Part shown: in pieces, positions 1 to 8,320 of the stretch
Numbering within the stretch: position 1 is the first letter of the stretch
Layout of the letters: each line of letters starts with the position of its first letter
NCBI GenBank assembly: GCA_020629675.1
Contig: JAHDCW010000003.1
Span: 19,924 to 55,397 of the forward strand
DNA from: Minisyncoccota bacterium
Lineage (GTDB): Bacteria; Patescibacteriota; Minisyncoccia; Moranbacterales; GCA-2747515
Direction of reading: 5' to 3'
DNA length: 35,474 nucleotides
Notes under the pieces: model-generated
Told to the model about the DNA's origin: nothing
What the model saw: the letters and a program-made list of their open reading frames with translations, nothing else
The model's database searches: none
Made by a program: the position numbers and the translations under genes

Positions 1-126
1 GCGATTGCCCGTGGGGAAGAGCTTAAGAAAGAGAAAGCGTCGATGAGTGATATGGAATACGCACGTGTTGCAGCTGCTCTTGAGAAAGATTTGGCAAAGT
101 TGCGAGCGTTACGTAAAAGGCGATAA
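1..126 (+). CDS. atpC: ATP synthase F1 epsilon subunit, C-terminal part (partial)
   Basis: Frame 1 reads AIARGEELKKEKASMSDMEYARVAAALEKDLAKLRALRKRR*, resembling the epsilon C-terminal helix-hairpin; followed by a terminator, as expected for the last atp gene. Confidence 0.75.
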   Translation, partial: AIARGEELKKEKASMSDMEYARVAAALEKDLAKLRALRKRR

Positions 127-146
127 CGTCAATGTTGTAATGATTT

Positions 147-167
147 AACTCCCGCAAGGGAGTTTTT
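147..167 (+). terminator. intrinsic terminator
   Basis: AACTCCC-GCAA-GGGAGTT hairpin (GNRA loop) followed by TTT. Confidence 0.8.
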
Positions 168-240
168 CTGTACTTTCACTTTAGATTTTGATAGACTTGC
201 ATCAATCTTTAGATGTTGTAGTTTATAGTTTTTTGACAAA

Positions 241-1302
241 ATGAGGACTTTGAAAATGGTAGATCCTTTAATGAATGGCCTGAGTATGCTGAAGCCAGAG
301 ACGGCTCACAAGATTGCCACATGGGGGGTGAGTACCTTCCCGGTACTTCAATACAATAAGAGATTGTATGAGGCAAGCTTGACTTTGAGTGATTTAAGTA
401 AGTTGTCTCGAGATATTTGTGCTATGAGCTTCACAAATCCAGTAGGTATCGCTGCTGGCTTGGATAAAACTGGTAAGTTAATCCGGTGGGCACAGTATAT
501 TGGTGCTGGTCATATTGAGGTGGGAACGATTGTGCCTGAACCGCAAATAGGCAATCCTAAGCCGAGGATGTTTCGCTTGCGAGAACACGCAGCTCTTATA
601 AACCGCATGGGGTTCAATAGTCCAGGTGTGTCTCAGGTTCGTAGAAATATTATTCGTGAGCGACAAAGACTTGGTGCTAAAAAAGCAATTATCATTGGAG
701 GGAATATTGGCAAAAATAAAGAAACTGCCGAGAAGGATGCGAGCCTAGATTATTTTCTTGCGGCGCATGGTATTGCTGATGTCGTGGATTACGTTTCCAT
801 TAATGTCAGCTCACCAAATACGCCAGGGTTGAGGAATTTACAGCATGGAGAATATCTCAGAGAAATCATAGGAGCAACTCGTGATGGTGTAGGCAGCAAA
901 GAGACAATCTTTACGAGATATAAACCTATTGCAGTAAAGATCGCACCGGACATGAGTGATGATGAGGTTGTGGCGTTATGTAAGATTTGCGCTGAGATGG
1001 AGGTGGATATAATCATCGCAACCAATACGACGCTTTCGCGTGAAGGTGTAGAGCCACACAAAAATGCTGCCGAAGCTGGTGGTTTGAGCGGTAAACCGCT
1101 TCAGAGATTGTCACGTCATGTCACAAAGGTTGTGAGGGATAATTGGGATGGTGTCCTTGTGTCAGTTGGTGGGATTGACTCGCCTGAAGAAGTGCAATAT
1201 CGACTCTCTGAATGTAAGGCAGACTTGGTGCAGATGTATACAGCATTAGCATACCAAGGACCATCCCTGATTCGGAATGTAGCGCGAGGGATTATTCCGT
1301 GA
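241..1302 (+). CDS. pyrD: dihydroorotate dehydrogenase class 2 (quinone-dependent)
   Basis: PETAH, AAGLDK, GNPKPRMFRL, INRMGFNS, NIGKNK, NVSSPNTPGLR (catalytic Ser), KIAPD, TNTT, GGLSG motifs. Confidence 0.93.
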   Translation: MRTLKMVDPLMNGLSMLKPETAHKIATWGVSTFPVLQYNKRLYEASLTLSDLSKLSRDICAMSFTNPVGIAAGLDKTGKLIRWAQYIGAGHIEVGTIVPEPQIGNPKPRMFRLREHAALINRMGFNSPGVSQVRRNIIRERQRLGAKKAIIIGGNIGKNKETAEKDASLDYFLAAHGIADVVDYVSINVSSPNTPGLRNLQHGEYLREIIGATRDGVGSKETIFTRYKPIAVKIAPDMSDDEVVALCKICAEMEVDIIIATNTTLSREGVEPHKNAAEAGGLSGKPLQRLSRHVTKVVRDNWDGVLVSVGGIDSPEEVQYRLSECKADLVQMYTALAYQGPSLIRNVARGIIP

Positions 1303-1411
1303 TTGACTTGAAGAACGGTTCCATTTAATGATCGCTTTGCTGATCTTTTGTGCGCCGGAGAAATGCGTGACGGGTGGAATTTGGTTATGTGGCTTCATTT
1401 TTGTTCACCGG

Positions 1412-1444
1412 AATCGCAGTGCACAGCCGTGCTCTGCGATTTTT
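1412..1444 (+). terminator. intrinsic terminator
   Basis: AATCGCAG-T-GCAC-agcc-GTGC-T-CTGCGATT stem followed by T-run. Confidence 0.7.
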
Positions 1445-1455
1445 ATATTTTCCTC

Positions 1456-1484
1456 TTGCATTTTTTATGTGAGAGGTGTATAAC
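1456..1484 (+). promoter_or_regulatory. sigma70-type promoter for the CBS gene
   Basis: TTGCAT-17 nt-TATAAC. Confidence 0.6.
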
Positions 1485-1514
1485 ATATATATTATAAGAT
1501 GATACAAAAAAGAT

Positions 1515-2000
1515 ATGACCGTAAACGGTGCAGATATCTCTATCAAAGATGTGATGCGCACGCCTCAGACGATTACTGAGGATGTGTCTTTTCATGATGC
1601 GATGGAGCGCATGATTCAGGAGAAGACAAATTCTCTTGTCGTCGTAAATGGCGAGGGTGCTGTTGTGGGTATGATCAACCCAAAATCACTCATTAAAATG
1701 GTGGTTCCTGATTATCTCGAAGGTGATGCAATTGCTGCACACTTTGTCTCAGAGGAAATTTTCCGCGAAGAGGCGATGCGTGTTGCTGATACAAAGGTGC
1801 GTGATTTTATGCAGAAAGATATCGTAACCGTAGAAGAGGGAGATTCGCTTATGCAGGCTGCAGTAGTAGCTGCATCAAGTGGGTTGGTGCGCATTCCAGT
1901 GGTGGATGCGGAAGGTAAGCCAGTGGGATTGATCACGCGAACAGAACTTAAGAACGTGATTGGTGTATTCCTGGGTATTGACGGTTGTTTCTCGGGATAG
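1515..2000 (+). CDS. CBS-domain pair protein
   Basis: Two CBS repeats (IKDVM...LVVVNGEGAVVGMI; VRDFM...IPVVDAEGKPVGLITRTEL). Confidence 0.88.
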   Translation: MTVNGADISIKDVMRTPQTITEDVSFHDAMERMIQEKTNSLVVVNGEGAVVGMINPKSLIKMVVPDYLEGDAIAAHFVSEEIFREEAMRVADTKVRDFMQKDIVTVEEGDSLMQAAVVAASSGLVRIPVVDAEGKPVGLITRTELKNVIGVFLGIDGCFSG

Positions 2001-2010
2001 TTAGACGGAT

Positions 2011-2043
2011 AAAACGCGCGCCATCTTGTGGTTGCGTGTTTTT
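2011..2043 (+). terminator. terminator-like hairpin between CBS gene and transporter
   Basis: ACGCGCGCCA/TGGTTGCGTGT imperfect stem flanked by A-run and T-run. Confidence 0.5.
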
Positions 2044-2081
2044 ATTTGTTTCATTTGTTAGATAATTATTTTTTATAGGTT

Positions 2082-3440
2082 ATGGAACTGGATTTAGGGT
2101 TTTGGGTTAGCATTGCGATCTTTGCCGTTACATTCTTTTTGATTGTGACAGAAAAGATTCACCGTACAGTGATTTCGTTTGTCGGTGCGATGACAATGTT
2201 GGTAGCTGGTATGATCATGGGCTTTTATCAGCCAGATCAGGCTATGCGTGCGATTGATTTCAATACAATCGGTCTTTTAGCTGGTATGATGGCAATCGTT
2301 GCTGTCTTGGAGACAACGGGTGTCTTTCAATACCTTGGTATTCTCACAGCTAAGAAAACAAAGGGGAATCCGTGGTATCTGATTGTTGCACTAGGAGCTC
2401 TTACATCAGTGTTGTCGATGATTCTTGATAATGTGACGACGATTATTTTGATCGTGCCTGTGACGATTATTATTGCTCGCATGATCAAGATCTCACCGTT
2501 GCCGCTTTTGATTTCGCTGGCTATTCTCTCAAATGTGGGTGGTACTGCGACGCTTGTCGGTGATCCGCCAAACATCATGATTGGATCTGCAGCTGGTCTG
2601 TCATTTAATGCGTTCCTCATGAACTCACTTCCAATTGTGTTGGTGGTATGGGCAATTACGCTTGTTGTTTTGCGTCTTGTTTATAAGCGAGAAATCGCTG
2701 AGTCTCCACAAAACATTGACCAGCTCATGAAGATGAATGAGAAAGAGGCTATTGAAGATCCGCGCACACTTAAAATTATTCTTGGTGTACTTACGCTCGT
2801 CGTATTTCTCTTCTTTGTCCATCATGCGCTTCATATTCAACCGGCGATGGTAGCGCTTATAGGAGCGGCGCTTGCACTTTTCTTTGTAGCGCCAACCAAG
2901 GATCCTCAGAAGGTTTTGGAAAAGTTGGAATTGTCTGTCCTTGTTTTCTTTGCATCACTCTTTGTATTGGTGGGAGGCCTAGAAAACTCTGGTGTACTCG
3001 AGTATGTTGCCACCTGGATTTCAGAAGGAGCTGACAATAATATTGTTTTGACTGCGATCATTGTGCTGTGGGCAAGTGCGATTTTGAGTGCGCTTGTGGA
3101 TAATATTCCGTTTACAGTGGCGATGATTCCGGTAATTGCTTCGATCGGAGGAAGTGGTGTAGATGTGAGTCTTCTCTGGTGGGCACTTGTATTTGGTGTC
3201 GGATTTGGTGGAAATGCTACACCGATCGGATCGAGTGCTGGTGTGATTGTCACGAGTAAGAGCCAGCAGACCGAAGCACCGATTAGTTTTATCGGATGGA
3301 CTAAGGTCGGTATTCCTGTGACAATTGTCGGTTTAATCATTACTTCAGGTCTCATTCTTCTCTTTAGTGATTATCTAAGCCGTGATGTGGGGCAGAAAAC
3401 ATCTGAGGAGCTTCAAGGAAAAATTGAAGTGAGTCACTAA
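2082..3440 (+). CDS. ArsB/NhaD (IT superfamily) ion transporter
   Basis: Multi-TM; LDNVTT, SNVGGTATLVGDPPN, SALVDNIPF, GGNATPIGSSAG motifs. Confidence 0.88.
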   Translation: MELDLGFWVSIAIFAVTFFLIVTEKIHRTVISFVGAMTMLVAGMIMGFYQPDQAMRAIDFNTIGLLAGMMAIVAVLETTGVFQYLGILTAKKTKGNPWYLIVALGALTSVLSMILDNVTTIILIVPVTIIIARMIKISPLPLLISLAILSNVGGTATLVGDPPNIMIGSAAGLSFNAFLMNSLPIVLVVWAITLVVLRLVYKREIAESPQNIDQLMKMNEKEAIEDPRTLKIILGVLTLVVFLFFVHHALHIQPAMVALIGAALALFFVAPTKDPQKVLEKLELSVLVFFASLFVLVGGLENSGVLEYVATWISEGADNNIVLTAIIVLWASAILSALVDNIPFTVAMIPVIASIGGSGVDVSLLWWALVFGVGFGGNATPIGSSAGVIVTSKSQQTEAPISFIGWTKVGIPVTIVGLIITSGLILLFSDYLSRDVGQKTSEELQGKIEVSH

Positions 3441-3457
3441 GACAAATCTGCTTTTTG

Positions 3458-3485
3458 AAAAAGATCTCCTTGTGAGATCTTTTTT
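3458..3485. terminator. intrinsic terminator (symmetric)
   Basis: AAAAAGATCTC-CTTGT-GAGATCTTTTT. Confidence 0.75.
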
Positions 3486-3540
3486 ATTTTGCTAAACTTA
3501 TTTCGAGTAATTTTCTTTAACAATTAAAAAGGAGTGTGAA

Positions 3541-4077
3541 GTGAGTAAAAATCCAACTGTAGTTCGTCAGGGGTTGGTAAGTGAGATTGACGATGAGCTT
3601 GAGAGTCGTCCATTTAAGCCGCATGCATGGCTTCATGAGGGATTAGATCAAATTATGGTTTTTTATAAAAGTCATTCATATTCTTCACGTCCACGTACGA
3701 CATACTTTGGCTTTTCATTGCATACGAAAAATCATTGTTTTGTAATTCCATACGAGTGGCATGATGGTTCTGCTGGGTATTCAAGGCAGGTAATTGCAAA
3801 AGTGGGAGTTAAACTTAATGCTATTATTTCTCGGTACTTGATCGTGGGTGTAACTGTTAATGCGGTACCCGGTAGTGGAGTAAGAGAGTTCATTGATGAT
3901 TTTAGTGAGAGGTCTTTGGTTGTTAATAGAAGTGAAACTGCCTGGGATGTGGTAAAAATTGCGATATCTGAAGAACAGCCGCAATTAAATTTTTATGAGA
4001 AGCTCATGTTACGGCGTATTACTTCACAGGTAGTTCTTGCTGGCAGTTTCGATACTATTGGTAGCTCACCATTATAA
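3541..4077 (+). CDS. hypothetical protein (ORFan-like)
   Basis: 178-aa ORF, GTG start preceded by AAGGAG; no recognisable motif. Confidence 0.6.
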   Translation: MSKNPTVVRQGLVSEIDDELESRPFKPHAWLHEGLDQIMVFYKSHSYSSRPRTTYFGFSLHTKNHCFVIPYEWHDGSAGYSRQVIAKVGVKLNAIISRYLIVGVTVNAVPGSGVREFIDDFSERSLVVNRSETAWDVVKIAISEEQPQLNFYEKLMLRRITSQVVLAGSFDTIGSSPL

Positions 4078-4168
4078 TGATATCTATGTGAAAAGTTGCA
4101 TACCTTTTTTAGCGTAACTCACATTATCTCATAAAGATAAGACTCTCTTGGCTTTTTATGTTCTTAAC

Positions 4169-4198
4169 GCATCGATACGATCGAGTATCGATGCTTTT
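4169..4198 (+). terminator. intrinsic terminator
   Basis: GCATCGATAC-GATCGA-GTATCGATGC perfect 10-bp stem followed by TTTT. Confidence 0.7.
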
Positions 4199-4287
4199 AT
4201 TTTGGGTAAGTCTCACCCGTTAAAAAATTGACGATGATTATAAAAGTGTTATATATTAAGGTTGTCTTATAGCGTGAGGATTTTCAC

Positions 4288-4491
4288 ATGTTATTTTATT
4301 TTTTTTGTTGTTTAGCCTCTTTTGTTTTTTTGTGGTTAAAAGATAGTCGCGCAGTGGCAATAGCTGATGCAAGGAGCCCACAAAGAGAATCAGGTAATTT
4401 TTTTTACTATGTTGTCTTACCGTTTATTTTGGTACCGTTTATGATAATTGGTATCATCATTTCTCTTGTGGGAAAAATATATGATCGCTAA
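4288..4491 (+). CDS. small membrane protein (two hydrophobic segments)
   Basis: 67 aa; GAGGA upstream; TTGACG-type promoter at ~4228; terminator downstream. Confidence 0.55.
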   Translation: MLFYFFCCLASFVFLWLKDSRAVAIADARSPQRESGNFFYYVVLPFILVPFMIIGIIISLVGKIYDR

Positions 4492-4507
4492 AGAAGTGAT
4501 TGTCTAT

Positions 4508-4542
4508 AATGCCGGGGCTTTTGCTCCGGCATTTCACTTTTT
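4508..4542 (+). terminator. intrinsic terminator
   Basis: AATGCCGGGGC-TTTT-GCTCCGGCATT hairpin with downstream T-run. Confidence 0.65.
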
Positions 4543-4622
4543 AAAGTGTTGATGCATGGTGGTAAAATTTTGATTTTGTGCGTGGGACGCGCTATAGTAA
4601 GGACATATTTTAAAATTATCTT

Positions 4623-7031
4623 ATGGATCGCTACAATCACCGAGACGTCGAAAAAAAGTGGCAAAGCTACTGGCGTGAGCATCAGTCTTATGCTGTGTCG
4701 GATCAGCAAGACGGTAAAGAAAATTATTATCAGTTAGTAGAATTTCCGTATCCTTCTGGAAATCTCCATGTGGGGCACTGGTACGCATTTGCTGTACCTG
4801 ATATCCGCGCGCGGTATTTGCGTGCACGTGGTAAAAATGTGTTATTTCCGATCGGATTTGATGCTTTTGGGTTGCCAGCTGAAAATGCAGCGATCAAACA
4901 TGGCATCAACCCGCGCACCTGGACGTACGAGAATATGGACTACATGCGCACGCAGATTGACTCTATGGGAACGTCATTTGATCGGTCGCGCGAGGTGGTG
5001 ACATGTGATCCTGAATATTATCGCTGGACGCAGTGGATTTTTCTCGAGCTTTATAAGAATAATTTAGTAAATTATAGTACGACGGAGGCTAATTGGTGTC
5101 CCAAGTGTAAAACTGTACTTGCAAATGAACAGGTAATCGATGGACATTGTGAGCGATGTGACAGTGTGGTAGAGAAGAAGCAAATGAAACAGTGGCAGTT
5201 CCGTATCACGGAGTATGCCGATAGATTGATCGATGATCTAGACGACTTAGATTGGCCTGAGGAAATTAAAGCCTCGCAAAAAAACTGGATCGGGCGCAGC
5301 GAAGGTGCTGAGATTGACTTTAGCATCGTAGGGAGTGAGCGTAAGATCACCGTCTTTACGACGCGGCCAGATACGCTTTATGGTGTGACGTATATGGTGC
5401 TCGCACCGGAGCATCAGCTTGTCACTGAGCTTGCGGAGATGATCTCAAACGCTGATGCAGTTGAGGAGTATAAAAAAGTATCTGCGAAGAAATCAGAGAT
5501 TGAGCGCACTAATAACACCAAGGAAAAGACGGGTGTCCGCCTTGAGGGTGTAGAGGCAATCAATCCTATAAGTGGAGAGAAAATTCCAGTGTTTGTGGCT
5601 GATTATGTATTGGCTGGGTATGGCACAGGTGCTGTTATGGCAGTGCCAGCTCATGATGAGCGTGATCACGCATTTGCAAGGAAGTATAATCTTCCTATTA
5701 GGGAGGTTATAGAAGGCAATGTCGCTCATGCGGATGTCAATTCTGGTGTAGGTAGGTTGTGTAACTCAGGGGATTGTGATGGCATGGATAGTCAGGCGGC
5801 CAAGGTTGTGCTCACAGAAAAAGCTGGGGGACGTATGACCAAAACATACAGATTGAGAGATTGGGGTGTGAGCCGGCAGCGGTATTGGGGTGTGCCGATT
5901 CCGATGATTCACTGCGATGATCCTGCGTGCGGTACAGTGCCAGTGCCAGAAGATCAATTGCCGGTGGTGTTGCCAGATGTTGAGGATTATCTACCAAACG
6001 ATGAGGGGCAGAGTCCGCTGAGCAAAAAAGAGGATTTCGTAAAAGTGCCGTGCCCACAGTGTGGTAAAGACGCAAAACGTGAAACGGATACTCTAGATAC
6101 TTTTGTGTGTAGTTCGTGGTATTTCCTCCGGTATAGTGACCCACGCAACGAGACTGCTTTTGCTAGTGAGGACAAGATAAAAAATTGGATGCCAGTTGAT
6201 CACTATAGTGGTGGCTCAGAGCATACGACGATGCACGTATTGTATTCACGGTTTATCCATAAGGCGCTTTATGATCTCGGGCATGTGACGACGCCGGAGC
6301 CTTATAGGGTGCGTATGAACCGCTCGCTCATTCTCGGTCCTGATGGTAACAAGATGAGTAAAAGTAAAGGCAACATCATCGATCCTGATAGTATTGTAGA
6401 GTCACTTGGTGCTGACACTATGCGTTTATACTTGGCGTTTATCGGACCGTTTAACTCTGTCAGTGCGTACCCATGGAATCCTGAGAGTATCATCGGCGTG
6501 CGGAAATTTATTGAGCGTGTGTGGAAGCTTGGCGCTAAAGTAGAGAAAAGTCATGATGACACAAAAGAAGCTGATAAAGCGCTTCATGCGTGCCTTAAGG
6601 GTGTGACTGAGAGTATTGATGCGCTCAAGTGCAATACGGGTGTAGCAGCGCTGATGACGTGTGTTAATGTGCTCGAAAAACAACAACAACTCTCTGTGGC
6701 ACAGTACGGCATGCTTGCGCAGATGATGGCACCATATGCGCCACACATCGCCCAGGAGATGTGGTCAGAAGTCTGTGAGGAAGAAGGGGTTATTTCAGAT
6801 GTTACGTGGCCTGCACTTGAGGAGGGTTTGCTGATGGAGGATCAGATCGAGCTTGTCATTCAGGTAAATGGTAAGGTCCGTGATAAAGTTATGGTCGATG
6901 TTGGTCAGGCTGATGATGTGCTCGAGCGCATCGCACGTGACAGCGAAAAAATTAAAAAACACATCGAAGGTAAAGAAGTGAGAAAGGTGATTGTCATCAA
7001 AGGTCGCATGGTAAATATTGTTGCTGTGTAA
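4623..7031 (+). CDS. leuS: leucine--tRNA ligase
   Basis: FPYPSGNLHVGH (HIGH), FTTRPDT and GYGTGAVMAVPAHDERD editing domain, KMSKS, QVNGKVR C-terminal domain. Confidence 0.98.
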   Translation: MDRYNHRDVEKKWQSYWREHQSYAVSDQQDGKENYYQLVEFPYPSGNLHVGHWYAFAVPDIRARYLRARGKNVLFPIGFDAFGLPAENAAIKHGINPRTWTYENMDYMRTQIDSMGTSFDRSREVVTCDPEYYRWTQWIFLELYKNNLVNYSTTEANWCPKCKTVLANEQVIDGHCERCDSVVEKKQMKQWQFRITEYADRLIDDLDDLDWPEEIKASQKNWIGRSEGAEIDFSIVGSERKITVFTTRPDTLYGVTYMVLAPEHQLVTELAEMISNADAVEEYKKVSAKKSEIERTNNTKEKTGVRLEGVEAINPISGEKIPVFVADYVLAGYGTGAVMAVPAHDERDHAFARKYNLPIREVIEGNVAHADVNSGVGRLCNSGDCDGMDSQAAKVVLTEKAGGRMTKTYRLRDWGVSRQRYWGVPIPMIHCDDPACGTVPVPEDQLPVVLPDVEDYLPNDEGQSPLSKKEDFVKVPCPQCGKDAKRETDTLDTFVCSSWYFLRYSDPRNETAFASEDKIKNWMPVDHYSGGSEHTTMHVLYSRFIHKALYDLGHVTTPEPYRVRMNRSLILGPDGNKMSKSKGNIIDPDSIVESLGADTMRLYLAFIGPFNSVSAYPWNPESIIGVRKFIERVWKLGAKVEKSHDDTKEADKALHACLKGVTESIDALKCNTGVAALMTCVNVLEKQQQLSVAQYGMLAQMMAPYAPHIAQEMWSEVCEEEGVISDVTWPALEEGLLMEDQIELVIQVNGKVRDKVMVDVGQADDVLERIARDSEKIKKHIEGKEVRKVIVIKGRMVNIVAV

Positions 7032-7032
7032 T

Positions 7033-7440
7033 ATGGATCTCGATAGGGATAAAAAAAGTGTTTTGGAGTTATATCAGCTAGCGATTGAAAAAACTGCAAT
7101 CGATAAGTCTCCTTACGATGCGAGGGAGTATTTTGAGGGTATTCAAGATGAGATAAGAGAGGTGGGTGAGCAGTTTCATGCGTCAAATGCTGTGCTTCTC
7201 GAGGATGAAGTGGGAGACATCTTGTGGGATTATTTTTGCATGGTAGCGCACCTTGAGCGCGAGGGTCTCATCAGAAGCAGTGAGCATGTTTTTATGCATG
7301 CGCGTGAAAAGTATGGTGAGCGCTTTGAGGGAGTAGGACTTGGGACTGAAGGTGTCTGGGATGCGATTAAGAAAAGGCAAAAAGAGCGCCTGTTTGCTGA
7401 TCATGAGGCGTACCAGAAAAGTTTAGAAAAAAATCAATGA
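7033..7440 (+). CDS. MazG-like nucleotide pyrophosphohydrolase
   Basis: DEIREV...LEDEVGDILWD (EXXE...EXXD); ATG at 7033 directly after leuS stop. Confidence 0.75.
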   Translation: MDLDRDKKSVLELYQLAIEKTAIDKSPYDAREYFEGIQDEIREVGEQFHASNAVLLEDEVGDILWDYFCMVAHLEREGLIRSSEHVFMHAREKYGERFEGVGLGTEGVWDAIKKRQKERLFADHEAYQKSLEKNQ

Positions 7441-8018
7441 TATTTACCATTGATGATCCTAGGTGTGTTCCATGCGGTCTGTATGAGACTCTAAAAATCT
7501 GTGACCTCGTAGATCAGCATGGGAATGAATATGATGTAATCATTGGCCTTGATCGGGATCTTGCGAGTCAATTACAGTCTTACGCGTGTGATCTCTCGGA
7601 TGGTGCACTGCAAAGCAATACAAGTGATCATAAGAGATTTTGTGAGGCTGATTATGAGGTAGATTTTGCGTATAAAAAGAGGCTTTACTTTGCGCTCCGT
7701 GATCGTGTGAGTGGTGATTTAGCTGCAGTGACGTGGTTTGCACCACGTTCATTGCCATTAGAGGCTTATGATGCAGCTGCTGTAGGTCAGCTGTGGCAGA
7801 CGGTTTCATTTCGCTCGTATGGATCGTATCGCGGTGTCGGTGTGATGTCACGGTTTGCGCAGTCCGTATTTGCTTTTACTGATCAGATCTTAAGGTATGA
7901 TAAGATTTGGCTTCGTGTAAAATCAGATAATCAGCCAGCGATCGCACTTTATAAAAAATTAGGATTTGAAAAAAGTGGTGATGATAAAAGGGGTGTGGTA
8001 ATGGTGCGCGCAGAGTAA
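7437..8018 (+). CDS. GNAT family N-acetyltransferase
   Basis: YRGVGVM (motif A) and NQPAIALYKKLGF (motif B); ATGA overlap with upstream gene. Confidence 0.8.
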   Translation: MIFTIDDPRCVPCGLYETLKICDLVDQHGNEYDVIIGLDRDLASQLQSYACDLSDGALQSNTSDHKRFCEADYEVDFAYKKRLYFALRDRVSGDLAAVTWFAPRSLPLEAYDAAAVGQLWQTVSFRSYGSYRGVGVMSRFAQSVFAFTDQILRYDKIWLRVKSDNQPAIALYKKLGFEKSGDDKRGVVMVRAE

Positions 8019-8035
8019 TATTTTTTATAGAATTA

Positions 8036-8060
8036 AAAAACTCCCACGTAGGGAGTTTTT
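8036..8060. terminator. bidirectional terminator
   Basis: AAAAACTCCC-ACGTA-GGGAGTTTTT between convergent ORFs. Confidence 0.8.
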
Positions 8061-8061
8061 A

Positions 8062-8220
8062 TTAATTTTCGAGGTAGTGAGCGAGTGCGTCGAGATCGCG
8101 GCCTTCAAGTAATTCTATGATATAGTCATCTTTGCGCGCTCTGTCGAGCACATCTGGGATAAAGGGGAAAAGCTCTACGAGCTCCTCTTCCATTTCTTCG
8201 GTGAGTACATGTTCCTCCAT
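8062..8220 (-). CDS. 52-aa acidic microprotein (not in ORF track)
   Basis: MEEHVLTEEMEEELVELFPFIPDVLDRARKDDYIIELLEGRDLDALAHYLEN*; TGATATGAT extended -10 on minus strand at 8256-8264; stop abuts the bidirectional terminator. Confidence 0.7.
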   Translation of the reverse strand: MEEHVLTEEMEEELVELFPFIPDVLDRARKDDYIIELLEGRDLDALAHYLEN

Positions 8221-8301
8221 ACGGTAAAAATGTATTTTGACTTAAATATAACGGTATCATATCATAGAGAAATCAAGATTGTGAATACGATAGGGGTAAA
8301 A

Positions 8302-8310
8302 TTATCCACA
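8302..8310 (+). promoter_or_regulatory. single consensus DnaA box (function uncertain)
   Basis: TTATCCACA in a divergent intergenic region, 10 nt upstream of the next ATG. Confidence 0.3.
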
Positions 8311-8320
8311 GGTGTAACAG

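Noticed and set aside
1328-1483. 51-codon Cys-rich ORF after pyrD
   Set aside because: Runs through a terminator and the next promoter; no initiation signal
147-8060. Identical AACTCCC/GGGAGTT stems at 147 and 8039 as a REP-like repeat family
   Set aside because: Only two short copies with different loops, both at gene ends; adequately explained as terminators
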